From Kofleriaceae bacterium (GTDB lineage: Bacteria > Myxococcota_A > Polyangia > Haliangiales > Haliangiaceae): a stretch of DNA of 20,413 nucleotides. The notes beneath the pieces were generated by a model. It was not told the DNA's origin, searched no databases, and saw only the letters and a program-made list of their open reading frames with translations. Numbering within the stretch: position 1 is the stretch's first letter; every line of letters begins with the position of its first letter. The position numbers and the translations under genes are program-made. The DNA lies in the NCBI GenBank assembly GCA_046597055.1, contig JBKJLC010000075.1, positions 1 through 20,413 on the forward strand, written 5' to 3'. Shown here in pieces: positions 20,324-20,413 of the stretch.

Positions 20324-20413
20324 GACGTTGTCGCCCAGCGCACCGGGTTGGCGTGGCTGCGGTTACGCCCCACCGTGGCGGCGTGAGACGCCGGGACCTG
20401 GTACGTGCGCTGG

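Overview
High-GC (roughly 70% by eye) bacterial chromosomal window. The gene repertoire (PilZ/receiver hybrid, RoxA-like cytochrome lipoprotein, Pro-rich OM barrel, TPR lipoprotein, sigma54-type promoters) suggests a myxobacterium; this is inference only. The backbone is the protein quality-control cluster tig-clpP-clpX...lon, all on the minus strand, but clpX and lon are separated by about 11.3 kb of unrelated genes. These are a tandem-PilZ/pseudo-receiver protein, a small membrane protein, an OM beta-barrel, a coupled dapL-fumarase pair, a di-heme RoxA-like lipoprotein, a hypothetical protein, a fibrinogen-like lipoprotein and a WD40-like protein. To the right lie a wHTH-like hypothetical, a TPR lipoprotein and an Alx/TerC transporter. 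I found no tRNA, rRNA, CRISPR array, integrase or transposase, and no complete novel multi-gene system can be proven from sequence. Best leads: (i) a membrane-targeted leader ORF with a RAP motif and hairpin, fused in frame to Alx/TerC where a Mn riboswitch is usual; (ii) a trigger factor with an eroded PPIase site and a His/Cys tail; (iii) two coding-like frames continuing directly after a stop codon; (iv) a palindromic repeat bracketing dapL-fum and a 4x23-bp array between tig and clpP; (v) repeated leaderless-type -10 boxes.
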